A stretch of 39,880 bases of DNA from the IMG/VR virus record IMGVR_UViG_3300032237_000346, positions 1-39,880 of that record. One strand, 5' to 3'. A model generated the notes under the pieces. It had not been told where the DNA came from and did not search any database. It saw nothing but the letters and a program-made list of their open reading frames with translations. The stretch is from a virus (lineage: Duplodnaviria; Caudoviricetes). Made by a program: the position numbers and the translations under genes. Below, piece after piece: positions 23,116-33,458 of the stretch. How positions within the stretch are numbered: the first letter of the stretch is position 1; every line of letters begins with the position of its first letter.

Positions 23116-24942
23116 ATGGCGCTATCTATTGACGAAATCAAAGATACCTACGACCGTTATCGCCGTATGTACGATGAGCGTGACCAGAGAATGAATCAAG
23201 TTCTTTTGGTTCGTCAAGGCAAGATGCGTGATGTCTACCCAGATTTATTCCCCGATGGTCCTTTTGAGAATCCTATCGTTGCGAATATGGTGGATGTTGC
23301 AGCCCGCGACTTAGCAGAAACTATTGCACCGCTACCTGCGTTCAACTGTAACTCTACATCTATGGTGTCTGAGACAGTTCGCCGTAAGGCTGACAAGCGT
23401 GAAGAAATTGTTAACGGCATTGTTGACTTTTCTGATTTGCAATCACAGATGTTTAACGCTGCAGACCGTTATGTAACCTACGGATTTGTACCTGCACAAG
23501 TTGAAATTGACTACGAAGCACAGATGCCACGCATCCGTTTTATGGATTCAATTGGTTCATACCCTGTCATTGACCGCTTTGGTCGTTGCACAATGTTCTT
23601 CCAGCGCATTAACAAGCCAACTCAGGAACTGATGTCTCAGTATCCAGAGATTGCACACTTGATTTATGACAAGAATACACAGTCAACCATGTCTGAGGTT
23701 GTGCGTTTCCATGATGCAGACCAAGATGTTTTGTTCTTGCCTCAGCGCAGCAACCTTGTTCTTGACCGTGCTCCAAACCCAATGGGTGAATGTATGGTTC
23801 GCGTTGTACGCCGACCATCTATTGATGACCAATCACGAGGTCAGTTTGATGATGTATTAGCAATTCAAGTTGCTAAGGCTCGTTATGCGCTACTTTCTTT
23901 GGAAGCAGCAACCAAATCAGTACAGGCACCTATCGCAATGCCTCAGGATGTACAGGAGTTAGCCCTTGGACCAGATGCAATTATGCGTTCCAGCAAGCCT
24001 AATGAAATTCGTAGAGTACCGCTTGAACTACCTGCAAATACTTTCCAACAGCAGCATGTTCTTGAAAGCGAACTACGCTTAGGTTCACGCTATCCAGAGA
24101 CACGCACTGGTAATTCAGATGCTTCTATCATCACAGGTCGTGGTGTTCAGGCTCTTATGGGTGGTTTTGACACACAAATCAAAACAGCACATGCAATGTT
24201 TGCCCGTACATTTACAGAGTTGATGGCTTTAGCACTTAAGACAGATGAAAAAGTTTTTGGTAAGCAAGAAAAAACACTAGAAGGTATCTTCAATGGTACC
24301 CCGTACAACATTAAGTACAAGCCATCACGAGATATTGACGGCGATTACACAGTTGATGTGCAGTATGGATTGATGGCAGGACTTGACCCCAACCGTGCGT
24401 TGGTATTTGGTCTACAGGCTCGCGGAGATAAGTTGATTTCCCGTGATTTCCTACGCCGTCAGATGCCATTTAACTTCAATGCTACACAAGAAGAAGAAAA
24501 AGTTGAAACAGAAGAACTGCGTGATGCAATGAAGCAGGCTATTGCTTCGTATGCACAAGCAATTCCAGCACTTGCTTCACAAGGTCAAGACCCATCAGAC
24601 ATTTTAGTAAAACTTTCCACCGTAATTAGCGAACGCCAAAAGGGAACAGCAATTGAAGTTGCTATTCAAAAGGCGTGGGCACCACAGAATCCCCCTCCTG
24701 CTGCTACCCCTGCAGAAGTAAGTCCTCAAATGGGGCAACCAGGTGCGGTTCCAGCAGGTGCGGGGCAAGAACAACCAGGACAACTACCTCCAGGCTTAGC
24801 GCCTACAGGTCGTATGCAAGGTGTAGCAGCGGGACAATTAGCACCAGGCGGTCGTCCTGACATTCAATCGCTACTAGCAGGTTTAACCCAACGGGGAGAG
24901 CCTAATCTTCAGGCATCTCTTATCAAACGCTTACCCGCTTAG
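23116..24942 (+). CDS. Portal protein
   Basis: About 608 aa directly after the terminase; AGGAGGTG RBS; Pro/Gln/Gly-rich C-terminal tail typical of podoviral portals. Confidence 0.8.
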   Translation: MALSIDEIKDTYDRYRRMYDERDQRMNQVLLVRQGKMRDVYPDLFPDGPFENPIVANMVDVAARDLAETIAPLPAFNCNSTSMVSETVRRKADKREEIVNGIVDFSDLQSQMFNAADRYVTYGFVPAQVEIDYEAQMPRIRFMDSIGSYPVIDRFGRCTMFFQRINKPTQELMSQYPEIAHLIYDKNTQSTMSEVVRFHDADQDVLFLPQRSNLVLDRAPNPMGECMVRVVRRPSIDDQSRGQFDDVLAIQVAKARYALLSLEAATKSVQAPIAMPQDVQELALGPDAIMRSSKPNEIRRVPLELPANTFQQQHVLESELRLGSRYPETRTGNSDASIITGRGVQALMGGFDTQIKTAHAMFARTFTELMALALKTDEKVFGKQEKTLEGIFNGTPYNIKYKPSRDIDGDYTVDVQYGLMAGLDPNRALVFGLQARGDKLISRDFLRRQMPFNFNATQEEEKVETEELRDAMKQAIASYAQAIPALASQGQDPSDILVKLSTVISERQKGTAIEVAIQKAWAPQNPPPAATPAEVSPQMGQPGAVPAGAGQEQPGQLPPGLAPTGRMQGVAAGQLAPGGRPDIQSLLAGLTQRGEPNLQASLIKRLPA

Positions 24943-24958
24943 GAGGAGGTGAAAAAAT

Positions 24959-25147
24959 ATGGCATTTGGAAATCCAATGAAGCCAAAGAACCAGCCAGGC
25001 AAGGCATCAAAGCCTGCTAATCAGGGTGGAAACGCTAAGGCAAATATCGCGCAACCAATTAAGACAGGTACTCCTAAGGGAGGTAAGCCTAAGGCATCAG
25101 TAACGATGCTTACAAAGCAACCATCAGGTACTCGCGGAAGCAAGTAA
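24959..25147 (+). CDS. Small Lys/Pro/Gly-rich basic protein
   Basis: Perfect AGGAGGTG RBS; no acidic residues. Confidence 0.75.
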   Translation: MAFGNPMKPKNQPGKASKPANQGGNAKANIAQPIKTGTPKGGKPKASVTMLTKQPSGTRGSK

Positions 25148-25151
25148 TTTA

Positions 25152-25179
25152 AAATCCTGGACATGATTTAAAACTGTCC
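25152..25179 (+). other. Predicted H-type RNA pseudoknot, copy 2
   Basis: aaatc-ct-ggaca-t-gattt-aaaac-tgtcc; covaries with 4447-4473. Confidence 0.6.
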
Positions 25180-25214
25180 ACCACAATACCGCTCTTATAG
25201 CGAAGGATAAAACA

Positions 25215-25667
25215 ATGGCAACAGAAGCAGCAAAGAACTTTCAAGTCTCCGCTACAGGCGGTGCAGGTAGTGCAGGACAGGCATCTCAGTATGTCGCTGG
25301 CATTGACCGTGCACAAGACTTTATGGAATTACAGTCATCTGCAAAGATGAATAAATCAGGTGTATTGCTCCCTCAGGGTCGCAGCGGTGGAGCACCTGTA
25401 ATGAACATGTTAGAAACAAAGCGTGTTCCTCTTAGCGAACTTAAAGGTACTGACCCAAATGCAGTTACCACTGGTGCAGCAATGGATGGAACCACAGCAG
25501 GACCAGAAGTTTTAGCATCAACTGCAGGACTTGCAGCACAGTCAGATGAAGATATTGCAAAACTTGCAGCACTTCTTCCCATCTATGCTCGTATTGCAGA
25601 GATGCCAAATGCTAGTAACGCAACGCGTAACTATTACCGTTGGCTTAGAACTCAAGTGACAACTTAA
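25215..25667 (+). CDS. Putative virion protein
   Basis: Late operon position; TAATG overlap with the next gene. Confidence 0.65.
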   Translation: MATEAAKNFQVSATGGAGSAGQASQYVAGIDRAQDFMELQSSAKMNKSGVLLPQGRSGGAPVMNMLETKRVPLSELKGTDPNAVTTGAAMDGTTAGPEVLASTAGLAAQSDEDIAKLAALLPIYARIAEMPNASNATRNYYRWLRTQVTT

Positions 25668-28600
25668 TGAGTTGGTTTAATTCGCTTGGCAAGATGGCTA
25701 AAGGCGTTGCAGATTTAACTGGCATTGCAGGTCTTTACCATGACTTGTCTACATCAATGTCCAATGATGACCCTTGGTATGTTGATTCATTAAATGTTGC
25801 TAAAGACATCGGCAAGATTGGTACTACACCAGTTCGCCTTGCCGTTAAGGGTGTACTTGCTGCAGGCGAAAAGTCTTATGAGTTAGGTGGCGTTGCACGC
25901 CAGGCTATTGAAAAGGGAATCCTTGATACTCCCTTGATGTACAACAAGTTTAAAAATCAAGGCGAATCTTATGATGATTACAAGATGCGCGTTGAAGCAA
26001 ACAAAGAACAGATTTCTTTAGGTCAAGCATCGCTTTCATTGCTCTCACCTGGTAAAAACTCAGCAGACCGTAGCGGTTATTTCCAAGATTGGACAGATAA
26101 CCACCTTCGCTTTTTATCTGCAGGTTTTGATTTGTTCAATCCTGAGGACCGCAAGGCTGCTTTCCAGGACCAGTACACAGGCAAGTTCCTGTCTGGTATG
26201 GAAGATGTTGTGGCATCTACCGTTATTGACCCACTGACATTTACTGGTTTCCTTGGTAAGGGTGCAGTCATTGCATCAAAGGCAACAATGCTTGACAATG
26301 TTAATGGTCGTGTTGCTCGTGCTGTGTTTGGCAAGTTAGCAATGACACCTCAAAAGGTTGATGAGATTGTTGCTCAAGGCGTTAAGGGCGAAGGTCCTGC
26401 TGCTAGAGATTTACAATACTTGGCAGAGACAGATGCTGCAGACCAGGCTGGTTATTGGGCAAAGAAGAAAGTTACAAACCCTGATGCCATGGCATTTCTT
26501 TTTGGTCGCGCTAAAACTGTTGAAGAAGTTGGCGAAGTATTTAGCGCTATTACTGGCAAGAATACAAAGGCTATGGCTGCTCTTGCAGAGCGTGACCCGC
26601 AATCTGGTTTAGTTGTTGAAAAGTTTATTGATGGTCCTTCACATGCAGAGCGACAATTACTTAATGGTCAACTAGAAGGCGACATCCTTGTATCACAAGA
26701 GCACAATGCTGCTATTGCTGACTATGTAACAGATTTGATTAACACAGATACTCGCTACGCATCAGCCATGGAAAAAGTTGCAACTGGCGGTACTCAACTT
26801 AAGTATGGTTTTGAGCGTGGACCAATGGCTGGTAGGTCTATTAAGGCTGGGCAAAAGCAAGCAGCCCGCACATTTGGTGAGCCAATTATTGAGACTTTCC
26901 AAAAGACTAGCCTTCACCCAGTCATCAAGGTTGTTAACTACTTCCGTGAAGATTTGCCAAGCGGTGTATTCAATGTCAACGATGGTAACTCATTCCAAGA
27001 GTTCAACACATTCTTGCGTGAAGTCAATGACTTGTCTGGTCGCACCTTTGGGCCTAAGGCTCGTGAGTTAGCAGATAAATATTTAATTTCTGCAAGCGAA
27101 GCAGAGCGTAAAGAAATAATTAATCTTGCAGAACAAACAGCACTTGGTCACTTGTTCCCACAATATTCAAAAGATGAAATTGATAAACTATATGCATTGT
27201 TTGACTCTCGCCGTGCTACTGCAATTGCAAAGCACAAAGACCAGGGATTTATTTCTTACTTTGTAGGCGATACTATTCAGCACGCTGTTGCTCCAATTCT
27301 TAATCGTGAAGCAGCCAACACAGTTATTATTGCTGACATGCGTAAACTTAAATACGCAATTGATGCACATGAGGGTTCTCTTAAGACATTACTTTCAGGT
27401 ATTGACACACAGGATTTAGCGTTGCGTGGTCAAAAGGGACTTGCTGCAATTGACACAATTAACGATGTGTTTAAGACATCTGTATTGATGCGCCTTGGCT
27501 ACACAGTTCGTAACTTGACTGAGGCTCAACTATCTATGGCTGCCAAAGGATTTGCTCTACCAGGTATGGCATTAGCCAATGGTAAAGAGGGATTAACACG
27601 ATTCTTTAATAACCGTAAGACAGGTTTCTCACGCTTAGGTGACCATGTAAATGTGTTACTTGGTCGCGCCGATGATGCCAAAGTTTTAAATGATGAAGTT
27701 GGTCGTTATGTGGATGCACTCCGTAACGATGACATGACACTCAATCAAATGGTTAAGCACATTAATCAACGCCTTGGTGAGTTGCTTGATAGCCGTACTG
27801 GATTTAAAGAACGCCCAGGTGCTCAACTAACACCAGAAGGCATGAAGCCACTTGTTGTTGAAGATGAAGTTAAACTTCTACTTGGCGCTCTTTCAGATTT
27901 AGAATCAAAAGTTACATACCATGGTTCTCCAGGTAAATTTAATTTAGATAAAACTCGTCCCGTTGCAACATCTGGCGTTAAGTCAATTGCTGACCGTTAT
28001 GCAGAAGGTGGCATGATTGCATCAATTGAGCAATACATTCCAACCAAAACTGGCAAGCCAGGAAAGTTAGGAAATGTAGATGCTGAGGCTGCTTACGCTA
28101 AAGTAAATGCAATTCAAAAGAACATTAGTCAGGCTGAGCGTGATTTAGCAAAGACTGGCGAAACTCAATGGGACATCCCATTACTTAAGCAAACTCTTAC
28201 AGAAGCAAATGCTGCATACAAAAAGGCTTTATCATCTGCTACATCTGCTGAAAAGCGTACAGATGTTCTTAATGAAGCAATGCTTAAACTGCAGTCAGAT
28301 ATGATTGATGCAGTTAATGCGGGCAAAAAAGTTGAAATTAAAAAAGGTTCTACATGGCAGCGTGTTAAGGCTATTGATTACAAGACACTTGTACTTGCTC
28401 TTGAAGGCGATGAGTTTGAGACAGTTCTGTTCAAAGACTGGACACACCGCCCTGTATTCCGCGTAGGATACAAAGAAGGCAAATCAACACAGATTCGTTC
28501 TTATGGTAAGGCTTTGCATTTAACTCAAAAAGCACAACGCGATTTAGTTCAAGCAAATCCTCCAGTATCTATTAATGGTCGTATGCAAGAAACTGCTTAC

Positions 28601-31600
28601 ACTCCTGCGGGTACAGTAGGTTCATGGCGCAACTTGCCAGAAGAACTTAAGACAGAAGTGTTTGAAAATAAAGTTTCTAACTTTAGTTCATGGCTTAAGA
28701 CAAAAGGCTGGCAAGAAAAAGATGATGCTGTTACCCGTTGGGCTAAAGACAATGGTTATGGCAGCCTAGTTGTATCAGATGATGCTCGCGCTGGTGGACG
28801 AAGCGATATTATTTTTCCTGAGTCTATTGATGATGCAGGTCGTGCTCGTCAAGTAAAGCAATACCTTAAGTCAATTGAACAAGGTAACTTGCCTTTGATG
28901 CAAGCAGATGTTGCTGCAGAATTTGAAGCAGCAAACATGACTCCTAAAGAGCGCCGTCTTGCAAGCCGTGCTTCACGCAAGCGTGCACGCTCAGGCATTA
29001 GAGACAATGCTGTATCGCCTTATTATCTACAAGATGGTTTACAAGCAATGATTAACAATGGCATTGAAGATGCTGCTGCAAACATTGCTCGTAGCAAGGC
29101 TGAATCACTTGCTGCCCTTGATGATGCAGTTACTCGACTTGGTGCTCGTATTGATGTAGCAGAGACAAACGCTGTTAAGCAACGCATCGGATATGGTTAT
29201 CAAACAATTGATGCAGGTGGTCATACATACCAACTGCCTAAGGCTTATCAGGATGCAACATGGTTTATGAGCCGTGCATCTGCAGAAGGTACTTGGAACA
29301 ATCAAGTTGCTAATCAAGAGATGGCTTTCCTTACAGGTATTGGCTCACGCAGCGTACGCTTAATTCAACCTAACGACCCACGCTACTTTGAAGGCTGGGC
29401 AAACATTCTTAATATGCATTTCCGTGACCCTGAGACAGGTGTTATGGATGCCGTTGTTCGTCAGGTTCTTGATAATAAATCTGATGATGAAATTCTTAAG
29501 TGGTTCCACACTCGTGAGGGACAGCGTTATGCTAACGAAACATACACTCAACCTGGTAAGTACTTTGGTTTTCACAAGGTATCAAGTGGTGAGATGGATG
29601 AAAAGTTAATTGAAAGATTAAACATTACTCGTGGCGCTGTTAAGGCATACATTCCAGATGCTGAGACAGAACTTATGCTTAGCAGCGCAAAGCCAGATGG
29701 TCGCCCATTATCAGGTGGAGAAGTACAAAAGTTCTTAACAGAACGCTTTGCATCTACCCCTGAAAAGTTGACACCACTCAATGGTTTACTTGTTGTTACC
29801 TCTAAGGAATACAAAGACCAAGAGCGCATCATTGACACTATTAACCGCCGTGTTATGCGCTTCCTTGGCTCACTTCCAGAAGATGTATTTGCTCGTCACC
29901 CACTGGCAGCAGCAATGTATGACAAGCAACTTGAAGCAAACATCAAGGCTATTGCTCGTGTTAAAGGTAAGGAAGAACTTACTGTTAATGAACTTAACCG
30001 CGCTGTAACTCATGCTCGTGAGACATCACGCCAAGAAGTTGAAAAGACTTTGTTCACTATTGTTCGCCGTAGCGGTGCATCATCTAGCCGTGTAGTTAAG
30101 TTGCTGTTCCCATTCTATGCAGCATACGAAAACACACTACGCCGTTGGGGTGGCATGATTGCTGAGGACCCAACACTTCTTGCTACCGCTGGTCGTACAA
30201 TTGCACAGGTTGTACATGGTCAGACAATCATTGACCAAAATGGTAATCGCATTACCGATGCAACCAAACTAGAGGGTGGAGCATCAGCCAACCTTGTAGT
30301 GCGTGTGCCACAACAGTTTATTGATAATCTGCCTAAGTCATGGCGTGGAGTTGTTCAAGATTCATTTAAGAATCTCAATATTCCACTTAACAGCCTTGAT
30401 GTTATTACACAGGGTCAGCCAGGCAACCCAGGCTTAGGTCCATTTGCAGTACTTCCAGCATACTTGGTACTCAAGGAGCGCCCAGAGTTAGAAGATGCTC
30501 TTAAGGTTTTCTTCCCAGTGGGTATGCCACAGAAAGCATCTGACCTATTCTTGCCAAGCGCACTGCGCCGTTTAAGCACAGTATGGAACAAAGATGATTT
30601 GTATGTTCGTTCATACAACCAAATGCTTAGTTATGAAATGTATAACTATCGCCAAGGCAAACGCTCAGATGTACCAACAGTTGCTGAAATTACAGCAAGA
30701 ACTAACAAGTTCTATTTCCTTCGCGCTTTAACTTCTATCTCAGCGCCATTTGCTGTGGCTCCTGAGGTTGATTTTTATGCTCAAACATACCGTCAGTTCC
30801 AACAGCAATACGCTGACTACCGCGACCCACAAACTGGAAAGCGTGTACTTGGAATGGCAGATGCTAAGTTCCTTGAGATGTATCCAGATTTTTTTGAAGC
30901 AACTATCAGCAAGTCAAAGAATGAAGGAAAACTAGAGGCAAGCCTTGGTACAGTGCGTAACCTTCGCAAGTTCTCAAACCTTATGGCTAAGGCTCAAAGT
31001 TCAGGTGACTCAGAACTTCTTGGCTTCCTTGCCAATGATGGTGATAATCAGTACACATTCTCACAGGCTGCATACCAATGGCAGTACAAGCATGGTGCAA
31101 CACCAGGCAGCGGTAGCACATACCGTCAGAACCGCACAGCCAATGAACTTCTTATTGAAGCAGAAGTCAAGCGTGGTTGGACAGAGTTCCAGAATGTTAT
31201 GGGTCAACTAAGTGCATACCAAAAGCAAAACGGTATTCAAGAAGGCGACCCAGAGATGGCTATTGTTAAAGCAATTAAGGCAGAGTTTGTCAATCAAATG
31301 AAAACAACTAACCTTAATTGGTACTCAGCATATATCTCACCTGATAAGGCTAAGTATGAGCGCCGTGCACAGATTCTTGAGGCAGCCTTTAAAGATAAAA
31401 AGTGGATGGCTCAAAATGGTGACCGTGCTGTAGTTAAGCAGGCACTTGTTTACCTAGATGGTCGTAAGCAATTTGCTGCAATTCTAAAAGAGCGTGATGC
31501 AGCAGGTGGTTCAGGTACACTTAATGCTAAAAGCAATGCAGATGTTGCTCAGGTATACCAAATGTTCGTAGATGAACTTACAAATGGTAGCCCAGAGTTT

Positions 31601-31648
31601 GAACAATTTATTAACCGTTACTTCGCAAATGATTCGGTGGTGCTTTAA
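25667..31648 (+). CDS. Very large internal virion (ejection/polyvalent-like) protein with possible ADP-ribosyltransferase-like motifs
   Basis: 1993 aa, mostly helical; DPLT motif; YHGS...A.RYA and GYG.LVV...DIIFP segments. Confidence 0.65.
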   Translation: MSWFNSLGKMAKGVADLTGIAGLYHDLSTSMSNDDPWYVDSLNVAKDIGKIGTTPVRLAVKGVLAAGEKSYELGGVARQAIEKGILDTPLMYNKFKNQGESYDDYKMRVEANKEQISLGQASLSLLSPGKNSADRSGYFQDWTDNHLRFLSAGFDLFNPEDRKAAFQDQYTGKFLSGMEDVVASTVIDPLTFTGFLGKGAVIASKATMLDNVNGRVARAVFGKLAMTPQKVDEIVAQGVKGEGPAARDLQYLAETDAADQAGYWAKKKVTNPDAMAFLFGRAKTVEEVGEVFSAITGKNTKAMAALAERDPQSGLVVEKFIDGPSHAERQLLNGQLEGDILVSQEHNAAIADYVTDLINTDTRYASAMEKVATGGTQLKYGFERGPMAGRSIKAGQKQAARTFGEPIIETFQKTSLHPVIKVVNYFREDLPSGVFNVNDGNSFQEFNTFLREVNDLSGRTFGPKARELADKYLISASEAERKEIINLAEQTALGHLFPQYSKDEIDKLYALFDSRRATAIAKHKDQGFISYFVGDTIQHAVAPILNREAANTVIIADMRKLKYAIDAHEGSLKTLLSGIDTQDLALRGQKGLAAIDTINDVFKTSVLMRLGYTVRNLTEAQLSMAAKGFALPGMALANGKEGLTRFFNNRKTGFSRLGDHVNVLLGRADDAKVLNDEVGRYVDALRNDDMTLNQMVKHINQRLGELLDSRTGFKERPGAQLTPEGMKPLVVEDEVKLLLGALSDLESKVTYHGSPGKFNLDKTRPVATSGVKSIADRYAEGGMIASIEQYIPTKTGKPGKLGNVDAEAAYAKVNAIQKNISQAERDLAKTGETQWDIPLLKQTLTEANAAYKKALSSATSAEKRTDVLNEAMLKLQSDMIDAVNAGKKVEIKKGSTWQRVKAIDYKTLVLALEGDEFETVLFKDWTHRPVFRVGYKEGKSTQIRSYGKALHLTQKAQRDLVQANPPVSINGRMQETAYTPAGTVGSWRNLPEELKTEVFENKVSNFSSWLKTKGWQEKDDAVTRWAKDNGYGSLVVSDDARAGGRSDIIFPESIDDAGRARQVKQYLKSIEQGNLPLMQADVAAEFEAANMTPKERRLASRASRKRARSGIRDNAVSPYYLQDGLQAMINNGIEDAAANIARSKAESLAALDDAVTRLGARIDVAETNAVKQRIGYGYQTIDAGGHTYQLPKAYQDATWFMSRASAEGTWNNQVANQEMAFLTGIGSRSVRLIQPNDPRYFEGWANILNMHFRDPETGVMDAVVRQVLDNKSDDEILKWFHTREGQRYANETYTQPGKYFGFHKVSSGEMDEKLIERLNITRGAVKAYIPDAETELMLSSAKPDGRPLSGGEVQKFLTERFASTPEKLTPLNGLLVVTSKEYKDQERIIDTINRRVMRFLGSLPEDVFARHPLAAAMYDKQLEANIKAIARVKGKEELTVNELNRAVTHARETSRQEVEKTLFTIVRRSGASSSRVVKLLFPFYAAYENTLRRWGGMIAEDPTLLATAGRTIAQVVHGQTIIDQNGNRITDATKLEGGASANLVVRVPQQFIDNLPKSWRGVVQDSFKNLNIPLNSLDVITQGQPGNPGLGPFAVLPAYLVLKERPELEDALKVFFPVGMPQKASDLFLPSALRRLSTVWNKDDLYVRSYNQMLSYEMYNYRQGKRSDVPTVAEITARTNKFYFLRALTSISAPFAVAPEVDFYAQTYRQFQQQYADYRDPQTGKRVLGMADAKFLEMYPDFFEATISKSKNEGKLEASLGTVRNLRKFSNLMAKAQSSGDSELLGFLANDGDNQYTFSQAAYQWQYKHGATPGSGSTYRQNRTANELLIEAEVKRGWTEFQNVMGQLSAYQKQNGIQEGDPEMAIVKAIKAEFVNQMKTTNLNWYSAYISPDKAKYERRAQILEAAFKDKKWMAQNGDRAVVKQALVYLDGRKQFAAILKERDAAGGSGTLNAKSNADVAQVYQMFVDELTNGSPEFEQFINRYFANDSVVL

Positions 31649-32052
31649 TGACAACTCCTGTGGAAAAGGGTGCAGCAGCAATGGGTGATTCCACTGTTAA
31701 AAATCCTAACAAGGCATCAACTGGCTTTGATTTTGTTGCAGCATTTAAAAAGGCTCAGTCAACCCTTGGCAATACATCAGCAAGTGGTCCTGTCTTTACA
31801 AAGCAAGAAGCAGACTATGCGGTTCAATCTGTCTATCAGCAATTGCTTGGTCGCAATGCTACAGGTAACGATTACTCAAAAGCAATCAATCTTGTTATGA
31901 ATCAATCACAAGGTAACTCAGTTACTGCTCGCCAGCAGGCTCTCACCAATGCACTTATGCAATCACCTGAGTACAAGATAAAGCAAGATAATAAGTATCT
32001 TGATGTTATCTATCAGTCAGTTGCCAATGATGTCAGAAACGCGCAGGCATAA
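31648..32052 (+). CDS. Putative internal virion protein
   Basis: VYQQLLGRNAT...LMQSPEY helical motif; TAATG overlap. Confidence 0.6.
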   Translation: MTTPVEKGAAAMGDSTVKNPNKASTGFDFVAAFKKAQSTLGNTSASGPVFTKQEADYAVQSVYQQLLGRNATGNDYSKAINLVMNQSQGNSVTARQQALTNALMQSPEYKIKQDNKYLDVIYQSVANDVRNAQA

Positions 32053-32054
32053 CT

Positions 32055-33458
32055 ATGGCACAATATGATGACCTCATTAGTCAAGCAAGCGTTCTTGTAA
32101 ACAAGGCTGCTAAGACAGAAGATGCTGCAACAAAAAAGAAACTTATTGCCCAGGCTAAAGCATTAAAGGCTCAGGCTGATGCAATTAAAGCAGCAGAAGC
32201 CAAGGTAACTGGCAATCAAAAGTATGCCGATGCACAAAAAGAACTTAAGCGTTTACAGGCTTTGCCACCTACAACACCAGGTTTGGCTGCAACTATTCGT
32301 CAACAGCAAGGTGTAGTTGACAGATTAAAGCCAGTTACAGAAACGCCAACGCCAACACCAACACCAACACCAACGCCTACGCCAACTCCTACTGCTAAAA
32401 CAACTTCATTTAATGATGTTAACAAAAACGGTATTCCAGATAACTTAGAGTCAGCAGCATCCACAAAAGCAGCAGCAGATGCTGCAGCAAAAAAAGCAAC
32501 AGATGCTGCAGCAGCAAAGAAAGCAGCAGCAGATAAGGTAGTTGCTGAAAAAGACCTTGCTCTTAAGACAATGTATGTTGATTTCCTTCGCTCAACCTTT
32601 GCTGGACTTGAAGATAAAACACAAAAGGCTGAGATTGATAGTTTGTTTGACAGAGCATCTAAAGAAGGTTGGACTTCTGACCTATTCCAGCAGCAACTTG
32701 AAGGCACATCTTGGTGGCAAACAACACTACCTAGCCTACGCTCATGGTATTTAAACACGCATGACCCACGCAAGCAGTCAACAACTGTTGAGTTAATCCG
32801 CAACAAGGTTGCTTCTGTATCTAGTTACCTAGAACAATTAGGTATTACTGTACAAGGTATTGACCCTGTAACAGGTAAGGCTTTTGATAAGTCTGGTTAT
32901 GTCAGCGGTATTGCCCAGGAAGCCGTCAAGAACGGCTGGGATGATAACCAACTAAGAGACTATCTTGCAGGTCAAGCACCTATTGTCTTTACTGGTGGCG
33001 GAGAAATTGGTAGTTCACTATCTAAGATTCGTGATACTGCCTATGCATACGGTGTCAAACTTGACCCTACCTATGAAAAGATGATTAACAATTCACTGCT
33101 TGACTCAAGCGATGGTCGTGATGCACAGTATTACATCGCAGAAATGCGTCGTCAGGCAATTGAGAATCCTAACAACAAAGCATTTACAGAAGCACTGAAC
33201 TCAGGTCGCACACTGTATGAGGCTACTCGCTCATACCGTAACCAAATGGCAGGTTTGCTTGAAGTAGATGAAAGCAATGTTACTTGGGATGACTTGATGA
33301 AAAAGACTATTGACTCAAATACAGGTGCTGCTCGTACATTTGCAGACTTTACAAAGCAAGTTAAGTCTGACCCACTATGGCAGACAACACGCAACGCTAA
33401 GGAAACATACAGTACAACTGCACTTGACTTAGCCAAGATGTTCGGATTGGTGGGATAA
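32055..33458 (+). CDS. Putative internal virion protein with Pro-Thr linker
   Basis: (PT)n at about 32343-32393, Ala/Lys-rich segment, helical C-terminal domain. Confidence 0.65.
   Translation: MAQYDDLISQASVLVNKAAKTEDAATKKKLIAQAKALKAQADAIKAAEAKVTGNQKYADAQKELKRLQALPPTTPGLAATIRQQQGVVDRLKPVTETPTPTPTPTPTPTPTPTAKTTSFNDVNKNGIPDNLESAASTKAAADAAAKKATDAAAAKKAAADKVVAEKDLALKTMYVDFLRSTFAGLEDKTQKAEIDSLFDRASKEGWTSDLFQQQLEGTSWWQTTLPSLRSWYLNTHDPRKQSTTVELIRNKVASVSSYLEQLGITVQGIDPVTGKAFDKSGYVSGIAQEAVKNGWDDNQLRDYLAGQAPIVFTGGGEIGSSLSKIRDTAYAYGVKLDPTYEKMINNSLLDSSDGRDAQYYIAEMRRQAIENPNNKAFTEALNSGRTLYEATRSYRNQMAGLLEVDESNVTWDDLMKKTIDSNTGAARTFADFTKQVKSDPLWQTTRNAKETYSTTALDLAKMFGLVG

Noticed and set aside
25667-31648. 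1993-aa protein as a tape measure protein or virion RNA polymerase
   Set aside because: No tail tube or tail chaperone genes nearby, no TMP-like periodicity, and no RNAP catalytic motifs that I could recognise.
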